From an uncultured Eubacteriales bacterium (GTDB lineage: Bacteria > Bacillota > Clostridia > Oscillospirales > Acutalibacteraceae), in contig CAYJGB010000001.1 in NCBI GenBank assembly GCA_964369405.1, forward strand, positions 98,408 through 162,407: a DNA stretch of 64,000 bases, read 5' to 3'. Made by a program: the position numbers and the translations under genes. Within the stretch, counting starts at the first letter, position 1. Every line of letters starts with the position of its first letter. Under the pieces are notes generated by a model. It ran no database searches and was not told the DNA's origin. It was given only the letters and a program-made list of their open reading frames with translations. Positions 9,426 to 16,702 of the stretch are shown here, one piece after another.

Positions 9426-9592
9426 ATGGGGCTGTCGCTTTTAGAAAATTGTTCGTCATATTATACAATCCAGTTGTAGGGGCAAAATCCATTTTCGCCC
9501 GAAATTCTTCAAATTCAAAAAAATCGGGAGCATATGGAATGCTCCCCTACAAAGATTTGGTAATATTAACATTAGTGCGTAAGCCCCATCAC
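9426..9592 (+). repeat. structured intergenic repeat, family A, copy 1
   Basis: Reverse-complement copy at 13081-13250. Imperfect terminal inverted repeats (ATGGGGCTGTCGC / GCGTAAGCCCCAT). Internal hairpins at 9480-9500 and 9526-9546 are enclosed by TTGTAG/CTACAA. No ORF. Confidence 0.85.
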
Positions 9593-9606
9593 AGTAAGGT
9601 TAAATA

Positions 9607-10221
9607 TTATTTGCAGTTTTTATTGCAGTTATCATATGCAGGATTAAAAGCATAGAAATTTTTACTATTTAATTTATCTGTTGTAATTCGTAAGCCTTCG
9701 CCAAATCTTTGATAATGCACTACTTCTCTTTCTCTTAAAAATCTAATTGGGTCTATTACATCAGGGTCATCACAAAACCTTAAGATGTTTTCATAAGTTA
9801 CACGTGCTTTCTGTTCTGCTGACATATCATTGTGTAGGTCTGCTACTACATCACCCTTGCTTTGTATATAGCCTGCTGTAAACGGTGCACCAGATGCAGA
9901 AGTTGGGAAAATACCTGTTGTATGGTCTACAAAGTATGTGTCAAACCCACTTTCTCTTAACTCTTCTACACTTAGATTTTTCGTTAACTGATACACTATT
10001 GTTCCAATCATCTCTAAATGTCCTAATTCTTCTGTGCCTATATCTGTGAGTATTGCTTTAAGTTCTGGATATGGCATACTGTATCTTTGGCTTAGATATT
10101 GTAGAGAAGCTGATAATTCTCCATCAGGTCCTCCATATTGAGTAATTATAATTTTTGCAAGTTTTGGGTTAGTCTGTTTGATATTGACTGGATATTGTAA
10201 TTTCTTTTCATATACCCACAT
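9607..10221 (-). CDS. cotJC: spore coat protein CotJC (manganese catalase family)
   Basis: MWVYEKKLQYPV...YGGPDGELSASLQYLSQRY...EELGHLEMIG is the typical CotJC/Mn-catalase pattern. ATG at 10221 follows GGAGGA (track start 10230 lies inside the RBS). Confidence 0.9.
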   Translation of the reverse strand: MWVYEKKLQYPVNIKQTNPKLAKIIITQYGGPDGELSASLQYLSQRYSMPYPELKAILTDIGTEELGHLEMIGTIVYQLTKNLSVEELRESGFDTYFVDHTTGIFPTSASGAPFTAGYIQSKGDVVADLHNDMSAEQKARVTYENILRFCDDPDVIDPIRFLREREVVHYQRFGEGLRITTDKLNSKNFYAFNPAYDNCNKNCK

Positions 10222-10223
10222 GA

Positions 10224-10484
10224 TTAACACTCCTCCTTATAACTTGTATCCCAAGGCCATGGGTCAGCAATCCAACCCCATCTATTACCACCGTTTTCAT
10301 CAGTAGTTAAAGCACCATATTTTTCTTCGTACTCTGTAGTTAGTTTTTGGCTTTTTATACTATATTCCTCTAGCTTTTTAGCGATTTCAACATCATCTGG
10401 ATGAGTATCTAAATATAAATGTAAATCTGTTATTGCAAAATCTACAGATGTAATTTGTCTTAGTAACATTTCACGCTCTTTCAT
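10224..10484 (-). CDS. cotJB: spore coat protein CotJB
   Basis: 86 aa. LLRQITSVDFAITDLHLYLDTHPDD is the CotJB signature. Lies between the cotJA-like and cotJC genes. Confidence 0.8.
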   Translation of the reverse strand: MKEREMLLRQITSVDFAITDLHLYLDTHPDDVEIAKKLEEYSIKSQKLTTEYEEKYGALTTDENGGNRWGWIADPWPWDTSYKEEC

Positions 10485-10486
10485 AG

Positions 10487-10678
10487 TTATTCTCCTTCAC
10501 AACCAACAAAAGGTTTTTTTAGTACAGGGAACATAGTGCCAGATACAGCACCTTGTTCTGCTGAGAATGTTTTATTGCTTGTTTGATATGGCACATACGC
10601 CATAGCAACGCTTATATCGTCTGGAATAGCTTTTATTCCATATTCTTCCATTGTCATAGTATATAAATCATTTTCCAT
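10487..10678 (-). CDS. cotJA: spore coat-associated protein CotJA
   Basis: MAYVPYQTSNKTFSAEQGAVSGTMFPVLKKPF resembles CotJA. ATG at 10678 follows AGAGAGGAA; the longer track ORF (to 10744) has no RBS. Confidence 0.7.
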   Translation of the reverse strand: MENDLYTMTMEEYGIKAIPDDISVAMAYVPYQTSNKTFSAEQGAVSGTMFPVLKKPFVGCEGE

Positions 10679-10730
10679 AAATAAATTCCTCTCTCTAAAG
10701 TAACTATATTTAGTTATAAAATATAATATG

Positions 10731-10773
10731 CAAAAATAAAACAACTAGTGATTTTTAAATAATCACTAGTTGT
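10731..10773 (-). terminator. rho-independent terminator of tspO
   Basis: 13-bp perfect stem ACAACTAGTGATT (10741-10753) with AATCACTAGTTGT (10761-10773). A T-run follows on the minus strand (10740-10731). Confidence 0.7.
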
Positions 10774-10825
10774 CAGACCGTAACATAATTGAATAATAAC
10801 AGAATTTTAAATTTAATTATAATAT

Positions 10826-11314
10826 TTAATTAAGTATATAAATTGCTAGGTTTAAATACCCTGCAAAAGTCACCCATAAAATATAAGGGATTAATAAATA
10901 GCCAGCAGGCTTTGAAATGTTGTAAAACTTAATTGTAGTGATAATGATTAGTAATAACAAAATTATAAGCCATACAAATGCAAAAAGATAAAGTTCGAAA
11001 TTGAAAAAAATTATTGACCAAAAGAAATTGAAAATTAGTTGTAACCCGTAAAATTTAAGAGCAGATAATTTTTCTTTATCTGAGCTATTGGAAGTTAAAA
11101 CTAAGTAAGAGGCTATTCCCATTAAGATATATAGAATTGACCACATAATGGGGAATATAAAACCTGGTGGTGAAAGTGGTGGCTGATTAAGATTTTGAAA
11201 TTGTTCCATACTATTACTAGATATGAAACCAGCGAGCATACCAACAAGTAATGGGATAGCGATACAGATTATTAATGCTTTAAGATTTTTAATAGATTTT
11301 AAATGTTTTATCAT
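10826..11314 (-). CDS. tspO: TspO/MBR tryptophan-rich sensory protein
   Basis: Five TM segments and the W-rich pattern (PPGFIFPIMWSILYILMG, FNFFWSIIFF, ILWVTFAGYLN). ATG at 11314 follows GAAGGTG. Confidence 0.85.
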   Translation of the reverse strand: MIKHLKSIKNLKALIICIAIPLLVGMLAGFISSNSMEQFQNLNQPPLSPPGFIFPIMWSILYILMGIASYLVLTSNSSDKEKLSALKFYGLQLIFNFFWSIIFFNFELYLFAFVWLIILLLLIIITTIKFYNISKPAGYLLIPYILWVTFAGYLNLAIYILN

Positions 11315-11413
11315 AATTAACACCTTCTTTAATAGAAGTATATGCTAGTAAAATAAAATAATAACTGAATTTATAAGAAAAATCAAAAAACTTTAAAAAA
11401 AGTAAAATTTTGT

Positions 11414-11443
11414 TTGACAAACAAACGTAAAAAATAGTAAAAT
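11414..11443 (+). promoter_or_regulatory. putative promoter of prfC
   Basis: TTGACA (11414-11419), 18-nt spacer, TAAAAT (11438-11443). Confidence 0.35.
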
Positions 11444-11487
11444 AAGTAGTTGTGATATGTATTACAGATATTTTAGGAGGAATTATT

Positions 11488-13071
11488 TTGCCTGACTTTT
11501 TAAACGAGATAAGTAAAAGAAGAACTTTTGCAATTATATCTCACCCAGATGCCGGAAAAACAACTTTAACAGAGAAATTATTACTTTACAGTGGTGCGAT
11601 AAATGTTGCAGGAACAGTAAAAGGTAAAAAATCTTCAAAGCATGCAGTGTCTGACTGGATGGAAATAGAAAAACAAAGAGGTATTTCAGTAACATCATCT
11701 GTGCTACAATTTAAGTATGATGGATATTGTATTAATATACTAGACACACCAGGACATCAAGACTTTTCAGAAGACACATATAGAACTCTTATGGCAGCAG
11801 ATAGTGCAGTAATGGTTATTGATGCATCAAAAGGTGTAGAAGCACAAACTATAAAATTATTTAAAGTATGTTTGCTAAGAAATATACCAATTATAACATT
11901 TATAAATAAAATGGATAGGGAAGCAAAAAACCCATATGAATTGTTAGAAGATATAGAAAATGTACTAGGAATAAATACATATCCAATGAATTGGCCTATT
12001 GGATGTGGAAAAGAGTTTAAAGGTGTATATGATAGAAAAGAAGAAAGCATATTATCATTTACAGCAAACAATGGACAAAAAGAAGTAGAACAAAGAGAAT
12101 TAAAAGTAAATGATATTGACTTAGAAAATGAAATTGGCAAATTGTTTAAAGTGCAATTACTTGAAGATATAGAGCTTCTTGATATAGCGGGAGATGATTT
12201 TGATATAAATCAAGTAAGAGAAGGAAAGCTTACACCAGTATTTTTTGGTTCAGCACTAACAAATTTTGGAGTAGAACCATTTTTAAAAGAATTCTTAACA
12301 CTTACAACATCACCACTACCTAGAGAAACAAAAGATGAAGAAATAGAACCAACTGATGAACATTTTTCAGCATTTGTATTTAAAATACAAGCAAATATGA
12401 ACAAAGCACATAGAGATAGAATAGCATTTATGAGAATATGTTCAGGAAAATTTGAAAAGAATATGGAAGTATATCATGTTCAAGGTGGCAAAAAGATGAG
12501 GTTATCTCAACCACAACAAATTATGGCACAAGAAAGAGAAATAATAGAAGAAGCATATGCAGGAGATATAATTGGAGTGTTTGACCCAGGTATATTTTCT
12601 ATAGGAGATACAATATGTCTAGCAAATAAAAAAGTAGAGTTTAAAGGTATACCAACATTTGCACCAGAACATTTTTCATTAGTAAGACAAAAAGATACAA
12701 TGAAGAGAAAACAGTTTATAAAAGGTATATCACAAATTGCACAAGAGGGAGCAATACAAATATTCCAAGAACTAGGAGCTGGAATGGAAGAAGTAATTGT
12801 AGGAGTAGTAGGAACATTACAATTCGAAGTGTTGGAGTATAGACTTAAAAATGAATATAATGTAGATATTATAATGAGTGGATTGCCATATCAGTTTATA
12901 AGATGGATAGGCAATGAAGATATTGACCCTAAGACCTTAGATTTGTCATCAGATACAAAAAGAATACAAGATTTAAAAGGTAATTATTTATTATTGTTTA
13001 CTAGCCAGTGGACAATCAATTGGGCGTTAGAACATAATAAAGATTTAATTTTAAACGAATTTAGCGTGTAA
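11488..13071 (+). CDS. prfC: peptide chain release factor 3
   Basis: RRTFAIISHPDAGKTTLTEKLLL, DTPGHQDF and NKMD GTPase motifs in RF3 context. Likely TTG start at 11488, 7 nt after GGAGG and in frame with the track ORF that starts at 11452. Confidence 0.9.
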   Translation: MPDFLNEISKRRTFAIISHPDAGKTTLTEKLLLYSGAINVAGTVKGKKSSKHAVSDWMEIEKQRGISVTSSVLQFKYDGYCINILDTPGHQDFSEDTYRTLMAADSAVMVIDASKGVEAQTIKLFKVCLLRNIPIITFINKMDREAKNPYELLEDIENVLGINTYPMNWPIGCGKEFKGVYDRKEESILSFTANNGQKEVEQRELKVNDIDLENEIGKLFKVQLLEDIELLDIAGDDFDINQVREGKLTPVFFGSALTNFGVEPFLKEFLTLTTSPLPRETKDEEIEPTDEHFSAFVFKIQANMNKAHRDRIAFMRICSGKFEKNMEVYHVQGGKKMRLSQPQQIMAQEREIIEEAYAGDIIGVFDPGIFSIGDTICLANKKVEFKGIPTFAPEHFSLVRQKDTMKRKQFIKGISQIAQEGAIQIFQELGAGMEEVIVGVVGTLQFEVLEYRLKNEYNVDIIMSGLPYQFIRWIGNEDIDPKTLDLSSDTKRIQDLKGNYLLLFTSQWTINWALEHNKDLILNEFSV

Positions 13072-13080
13072 TACTTAAGG

Positions 13081-13250
13081 GTGATGGTGCTGTCTCACTA
13101 ATGTTAATATTCCCAAATCTTTGTAGGGGGGAGCATTCTATATGCTCCCTATTTTTTGTAAATTTGAAGAATTTTGTGCGAAAATGAATTTCGCTCCTAC
13201 AACTGGATTGTATAATATGACGAACAATTTTCTAAATGCGACAGCCCCAT
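13081..13250 (-). repeat. structured intergenic repeat, family A, copy 2 (inverted relative to copy 1)
   Basis: The reverse complement aligns to 9426-9592 along its whole length. The first ~55 nt differ at one position. It has the same internal hairpins (GGGAGCAT..ATGCTCCC, GCGAAA..TTTCGC). Confidence 0.85.
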
Positions 13251-13260
13251 ATATACGCTT

Positions 13261-13298
13261 AATGGCAGTAACAAACATAATCATTTGTTACTGCCATT
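13261..13298. terminator. strong hairpin between convergent prfC and GGGtGRT genes
   Basis: 15-bp perfect stem AATGGCAGTAACAAA (13261-13275) with TTTGTTACTGCCATT (13284-13298). The flanking U-run is weak. Confidence 0.55.
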
Positions 13299-13327
13299 TG
13301 TTATAGATATATATCTAATTTTTTAAA

Positions 13328-14332
13328 TTATTTGTTTAATCCTTCATAAACTGCTACTGCACAAGCAACTGTTGCACCAACCATTGGGTTATTACCCATT
13401 CCGATTAAGCCCATCATTTCTACGTGTGCTGGTACTGATGAAGAACCTGCAAATTGTGCATCTCCATGCATACGTCCCATTGAATCAGTTAAGCCGTATG
13501 ATGCAGGACCTGCTCCCATATTGTCAGGGTGAAGTGTACGTCCTGTACCACCACCACTTGCAACTGAGAAATATTTCACGTTATTTTCTAATGCCCATTT
13601 TTTATATGTTCCAGCTACTAAATGTTGGAAACGTGTAGGGTTTGTTGAGTTACCTGTAATAGATACATCAACGCCCTCTAAAGCCATTATTGCAACGCCT
13701 TCACGTACATCATTAGCACCATAACATTTTACTGCTGCTCTTTCTCCGTCTGAGAAAGCTCTTTCTTCTAATACTTTAACTTCACTTGTGAAGAAGTCAA
13801 ATTCAGTTTTTACATATGTAAAACCGTTTATTCTTGAAATGATATATGCAGCATCTTTTCCTAAACCATTTAAGATAACTCTTAATGGTTCTTTTCTTGC
13901 TTTATTTGCTGTTCTTGCAATACCAATTGCTCCTTCAGCTGCTGCAAAACTTTCGTGTCCTGCTAAAAATGCAAAACATTTAGTTTCATCTCTTAGTAAC
14001 ATTGCTCCTAGGTTACCATGTCCTAAACCTACTTTTCTTTGCTCTGCTACTGAACCTGGTATACAGAATGCTTCTAAGCCTACACCGATTAACTCAGCTG
14101 CTTGAGATGCTGTTGTTGCCTCTTTTTTAATTGCAATTGCACAACCTAATATATACGCCCATGCTGCATTTTCAAATGCGATTGGTTGTATACCTTTTAC
14201 TATTTCGTCTGCGTCTACGCCTTTTGCAAGACATATTTCTCTAGCCTCTTCAAGACTTGCTATACCATATTCGGCAAGGCACTTCTCTATTTTAGGCATT
14301 CTTCTTTCTTTGCTTTCAAAAACTACTGCCAT
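13328..14332 (-). CDS. GGGtGRT-family protein (conserved, function unknown)
   Basis: Contains the eponymous SGGGTGRTLHPDN motif and is glycine-rich (GLGHGNLGAMLL, MGLIGMGNNPMVGATV). 334 aa. Confidence 0.8.
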   Translation of the reverse strand: MAVVFESKERRMPKIEKCLAEYGIASLEEAREICLAKGVDADEIVKGIQPIAFENAAWAYILGCAIAIKKEATTASQAAELIGVGLEAFCIPGSVAEQRKVGLGHGNLGAMLLRDETKCFAFLAGHESFAAAEGAIGIARTANKARKEPLRVILNGLGKDAAYIISRINGFTYVKTEFDFFTSEVKVLEERAFSDGERAAVKCYGANDVREGVAIMALEGVDVSITGNSTNPTRFQHLVAGTYKKWALENNVKYFSVASGGGTGRTLHPDNMGAGPASYGLTDSMGRMHGDAQFAGSSSVPAHVEMMGLIGMGNNPMVGATVACAVAVYEGLNK

Positions 14333-14354
14333 TTTCGTGTCCTCCTTACCGATA

Positions 14355-15047
14355 TTATTCTTCTCTAGGGTCTATGTATTTAGCTGCGTTATCAAAACGT
14401 CCATACTGACCGATATTGTTTTTGTATGCTTCGTCTGGTGTCATACCATGACGAATATCTTCCATCATTTTACCGATTTTTACAAATTGGTAACCTGTTA
14501 CTTCATTGTTTTCGTCTAAAGCTGTTTTTAGTACATAGCCTTCTGCCATTTCCATAAAACGTACGCCTTTTGCTTTTGTACTAAACATTGTACCTACTTG
14601 TGAACGTAAGCCTTTTCCTAAATCTTCAAGGCCTGCTCCGATTGGTAAACCACCCTCAGAGAAAGCTGTTTGGCTTCTACCATAAACTAATTGTTCAAAA
14701 AGATTTTTCATAGCAACGTTTATAGCGTCACATACTAAGTCAGTATTTAAGCACTCTAAAAGAGTTTTACCAGGTAGTATTTCTGCTGCCATTGCTGCTG
14801 AGTGAGTCATACCTGAACAACCAATTGTTTCTACTAGAGCTTCTTCTACAATACCTTCTTTAACGTTTAATGTTAATTTACAGGCTCCTTGTTGTGGTGC
14901 ACACCAGCCTACTCCGTGAGATAGACCTGCTATGTCTTTGATTTCGTAAGATTTTACCCATTTTCCTTCTTCAGGAATTGGTGCTGGACCATGATTTGGT
15001 CCTTTCGCAACTATACACATATTTTCAACTTCATGTGAATAATTCAT
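14355..15047 (-). CDS. NifU/IscU N-terminal-like Fe-S scaffold-domain protein
   Basis: Cys-containing segments GVGWCAPQQGACKL, ETIGCSGMTHSAAMAAE and LVCDAI resemble the IscU/NifU N-domain. ATG at 15047 is 7 nt after AAGGAG. Confidence 0.65.
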   Translation of the reverse strand: MNYSHEVENMCIVAKGPNHGPAPIPEEGKWVKSYEIKDIAGLSHGVGWCAPQQGACKLTLNVKEGIVEEALVETIGCSGMTHSAAMAAEILPGKTLLECLNTDLVCDAINVAMKNLFEQLVYGRSQTAFSEGGLPIGAGLEDLGKGLRSQVGTMFSTKAKGVRFMEMAEGYVLKTALDENNEVTGYQFVKIGKMMEDIRHGMTPDEAYKNNIGQYGRFDNAAKYIDPREE

Positions 15048-15102
15048 ATACATGCTCCTTTCGCATTAGAATAGTATAACATAGTTTGTTTATACTGTTT
15101 AT

Positions 15103-15130
15103 ATTATATCAGTTTTAGGGATTTATGCAA
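15103..15130 (-). promoter_or_regulatory. putative promoter of the NifU-like/GGGtGRT operon
   Basis: Minus strand reads TTGCAT (15130-15125), 16-nt spacer, TGaTATAAT (TATAAT at 15108-15103). Confidence 0.5.
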
Positions 15131-15227
15131 GCAAATTAACGATAAATTTACACAATTTGTTAAATTATATTAAAAAAATTAGTATTTACTTATATGTTGA
15201 TAAAAATTGCTGAAAAGAAGTAGTACT

Positions 15228-15377
15228 CTTTATCTAAACTTACGGTCGCCCGCCATTCAAATCGAAGATTTGAATGAAGATGCACCAACACACTCCTTGT
15301 AAGGTTTAGGAAAGTGTTGGTGCATCTATGCTCGAAACTAAAGTTTCGAGTGCGGGCGACCGTAAGTTTAGATAAAG
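15228..15377. repeat. structured intergenic element, family B copy 1 (predicted four-way junction)
   Basis: P1 is a 26-bp perfect stem (15228-15253 with 15352-15377). P2 15254-15276. P3 15279-15291 with 15314-15326. P4 15331-15350. Second copy at 41068-41204. Confidence 0.85.
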
Positions 15378-15385
15378 GCCTACTT

Positions 15386-16669
15386 TTAATTTTTTTTCTT
15401 ACTATCTTCTATTAAACTCTCTTTTGCTACTGCAAGCATTAATTTAATTCTGTTTTCTTGATTAACTCTAGGTGCTCCTGGGTCATAGTCTATTGTAACT
15501 ATATTTGCACGCTCATCAATACTTTTTATTTTTCTTATCATACCTTTACCATTTATGTGGTTTGGTAAACAGCCAAATGGTTGAGTACATACAATGTTTG
15601 GGTATCCAGATTCTGCAAGCTCTAACATTTCAGCAGTTAAAAGCCAACCTTCACCCATCTTACTACCATAACCTACTACATCTTTTACTAATTCTTTAGT
15701 GTGTAAATAAGGCGATGGAGCAACAAAACCATATTTTTTGGCACTGTCTATTATTAAATTTTCCATTTTAGATAAATAGTTAAAGAATAATTTAACTATG
15801 TTAAATTTAATTTGATTACCACCATACAAGATAATATCTTCTGCTCTGTTATCTACCTTAAATAGCATAAAAGCCATTATTCCAGGTATACATACTTCAC
15901 AGTCTTGCTCTTCTAAAAACTTTTCTAAATTGTTGTTTCCAAGTTTAGCATATTTAACATATATTTCACCAACAATTCCAACTTTCACTTTTGGAACTAC
16001 ATTTAATTTAATCTCTGAAAAAGACTTAGCGATTTCATCTAAAATTATAGTTTGCTCTTTTACAGTAAAGCCTTTACCATTTTTAAATTTATCAGTAAGC
16101 TTATCAATCCAAGTTTGTACTAGTTTATTACTTTCACCTTTGTTTACTTCATAAGGTTTTGTTTGATTATTTAGAAGCATAAGAGTATCGCCATATACTA
16201 ATGCGCCAATAACTCTTCGCATCATAGGTAAAGTAAAGCTAAAACCACTATTTTTTTCAAGCCCTGAGAGGTTAAGTGAAATTACAGGAACTTTTTCAAA
16301 ACCAGCTTTTTTAAGAGCTTTTCTAAGTAAATGAATGTAATTAGAAGCTCTACAACCACCACCAGTTTGAGTAATCATTAAAGCAGTTTTATTAACATCA
16401 TAATTTCCACTTTGCAAAGCATGAATAAATTGACCAATTACAAGAAGGGCTGGATAACAAGTATCATTGTGAACATATTTTAAACCAACTTGAGCAATTT
16501 CAGGACCATCAGTATCTAGTAATATAGTTTTGTAATCAAACATATCAAATACATTTTTAATAAATGTAAAATGTATAGGTGCCATATTAGGTAGAAGTAT
16601 GGTGTATTCTTTTTTCATTTCTTTAGTAAATAGTAATCTACCAGTATTATCATATTGTAATTGTGCCAT
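15386..16669 (-). CDS. 2-hydroxyacyl-CoA dehydratase-family (HgdB/D-component-like) protein
   Basis: 427 aa with the CoA-dehydratase-like Cys pattern (DTCYPAL, GGGCRASNY, CTQPFGCLPNH). Immediately downstream of the double-activase gene. Confidence 0.7.
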   Translation of the reverse strand: MAQLQYDNTGRLLFTKEMKKEYTILLPNMAPIHFTFIKNVFDMFDYKTILLDTDGPEIAQVGLKYVHNDTCYPALLVIGQFIHALQSGNYDVNKTALMITQTGGGCRASNYIHLLRKALKKAGFEKVPVISLNLSGLEKNSGFSFTLPMMRRVIGALVYGDTLMLLNNQTKPYEVNKGESNKLVQTWIDKLTDKFKNGKGFTVKEQTIILDEIAKSFSEIKLNVVPKVKVGIVGEIYVKYAKLGNNNLEKFLEEQDCEVCIPGIMAFMLFKVDNRAEDIILYGGNQIKFNIVKLFFNYLSKMENLIIDSAKKYGFVAPSPYLHTKELVKDVVGYGSKMGEGWLLTAEMLELAESGYPNIVCTQPFGCLPNHINGKGMIRKIKSIDERANIVTIDYDPGAPRVNQENRIKLMLAVAKESLIEDSKKKN

Positions 16670-16702
16670 ATGCTTAAAAACTCCTATTTTTAAATTTGTT
16701 TA

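Noticed and set aside
9449-9655. 68-aa ORF in the six-frame track
   Set aside because: It lies entirely within the family A repeat and the 3' end of cotJC, has no RBS, and its 'protein' is a read-through of hairpin sequence. The equivalent region of copy 2 is not open in the same way.
9426-13250. Family A pair as DGR template/variable repeats, or as ends of a composite transposon
   Set aside because: No reverse transcriptase, transposase or integrase lies in or near the segment. Both copies are intergenic, and differences are not confined to adenines. The enclosed genes (prfC, cotJ) are core functions.
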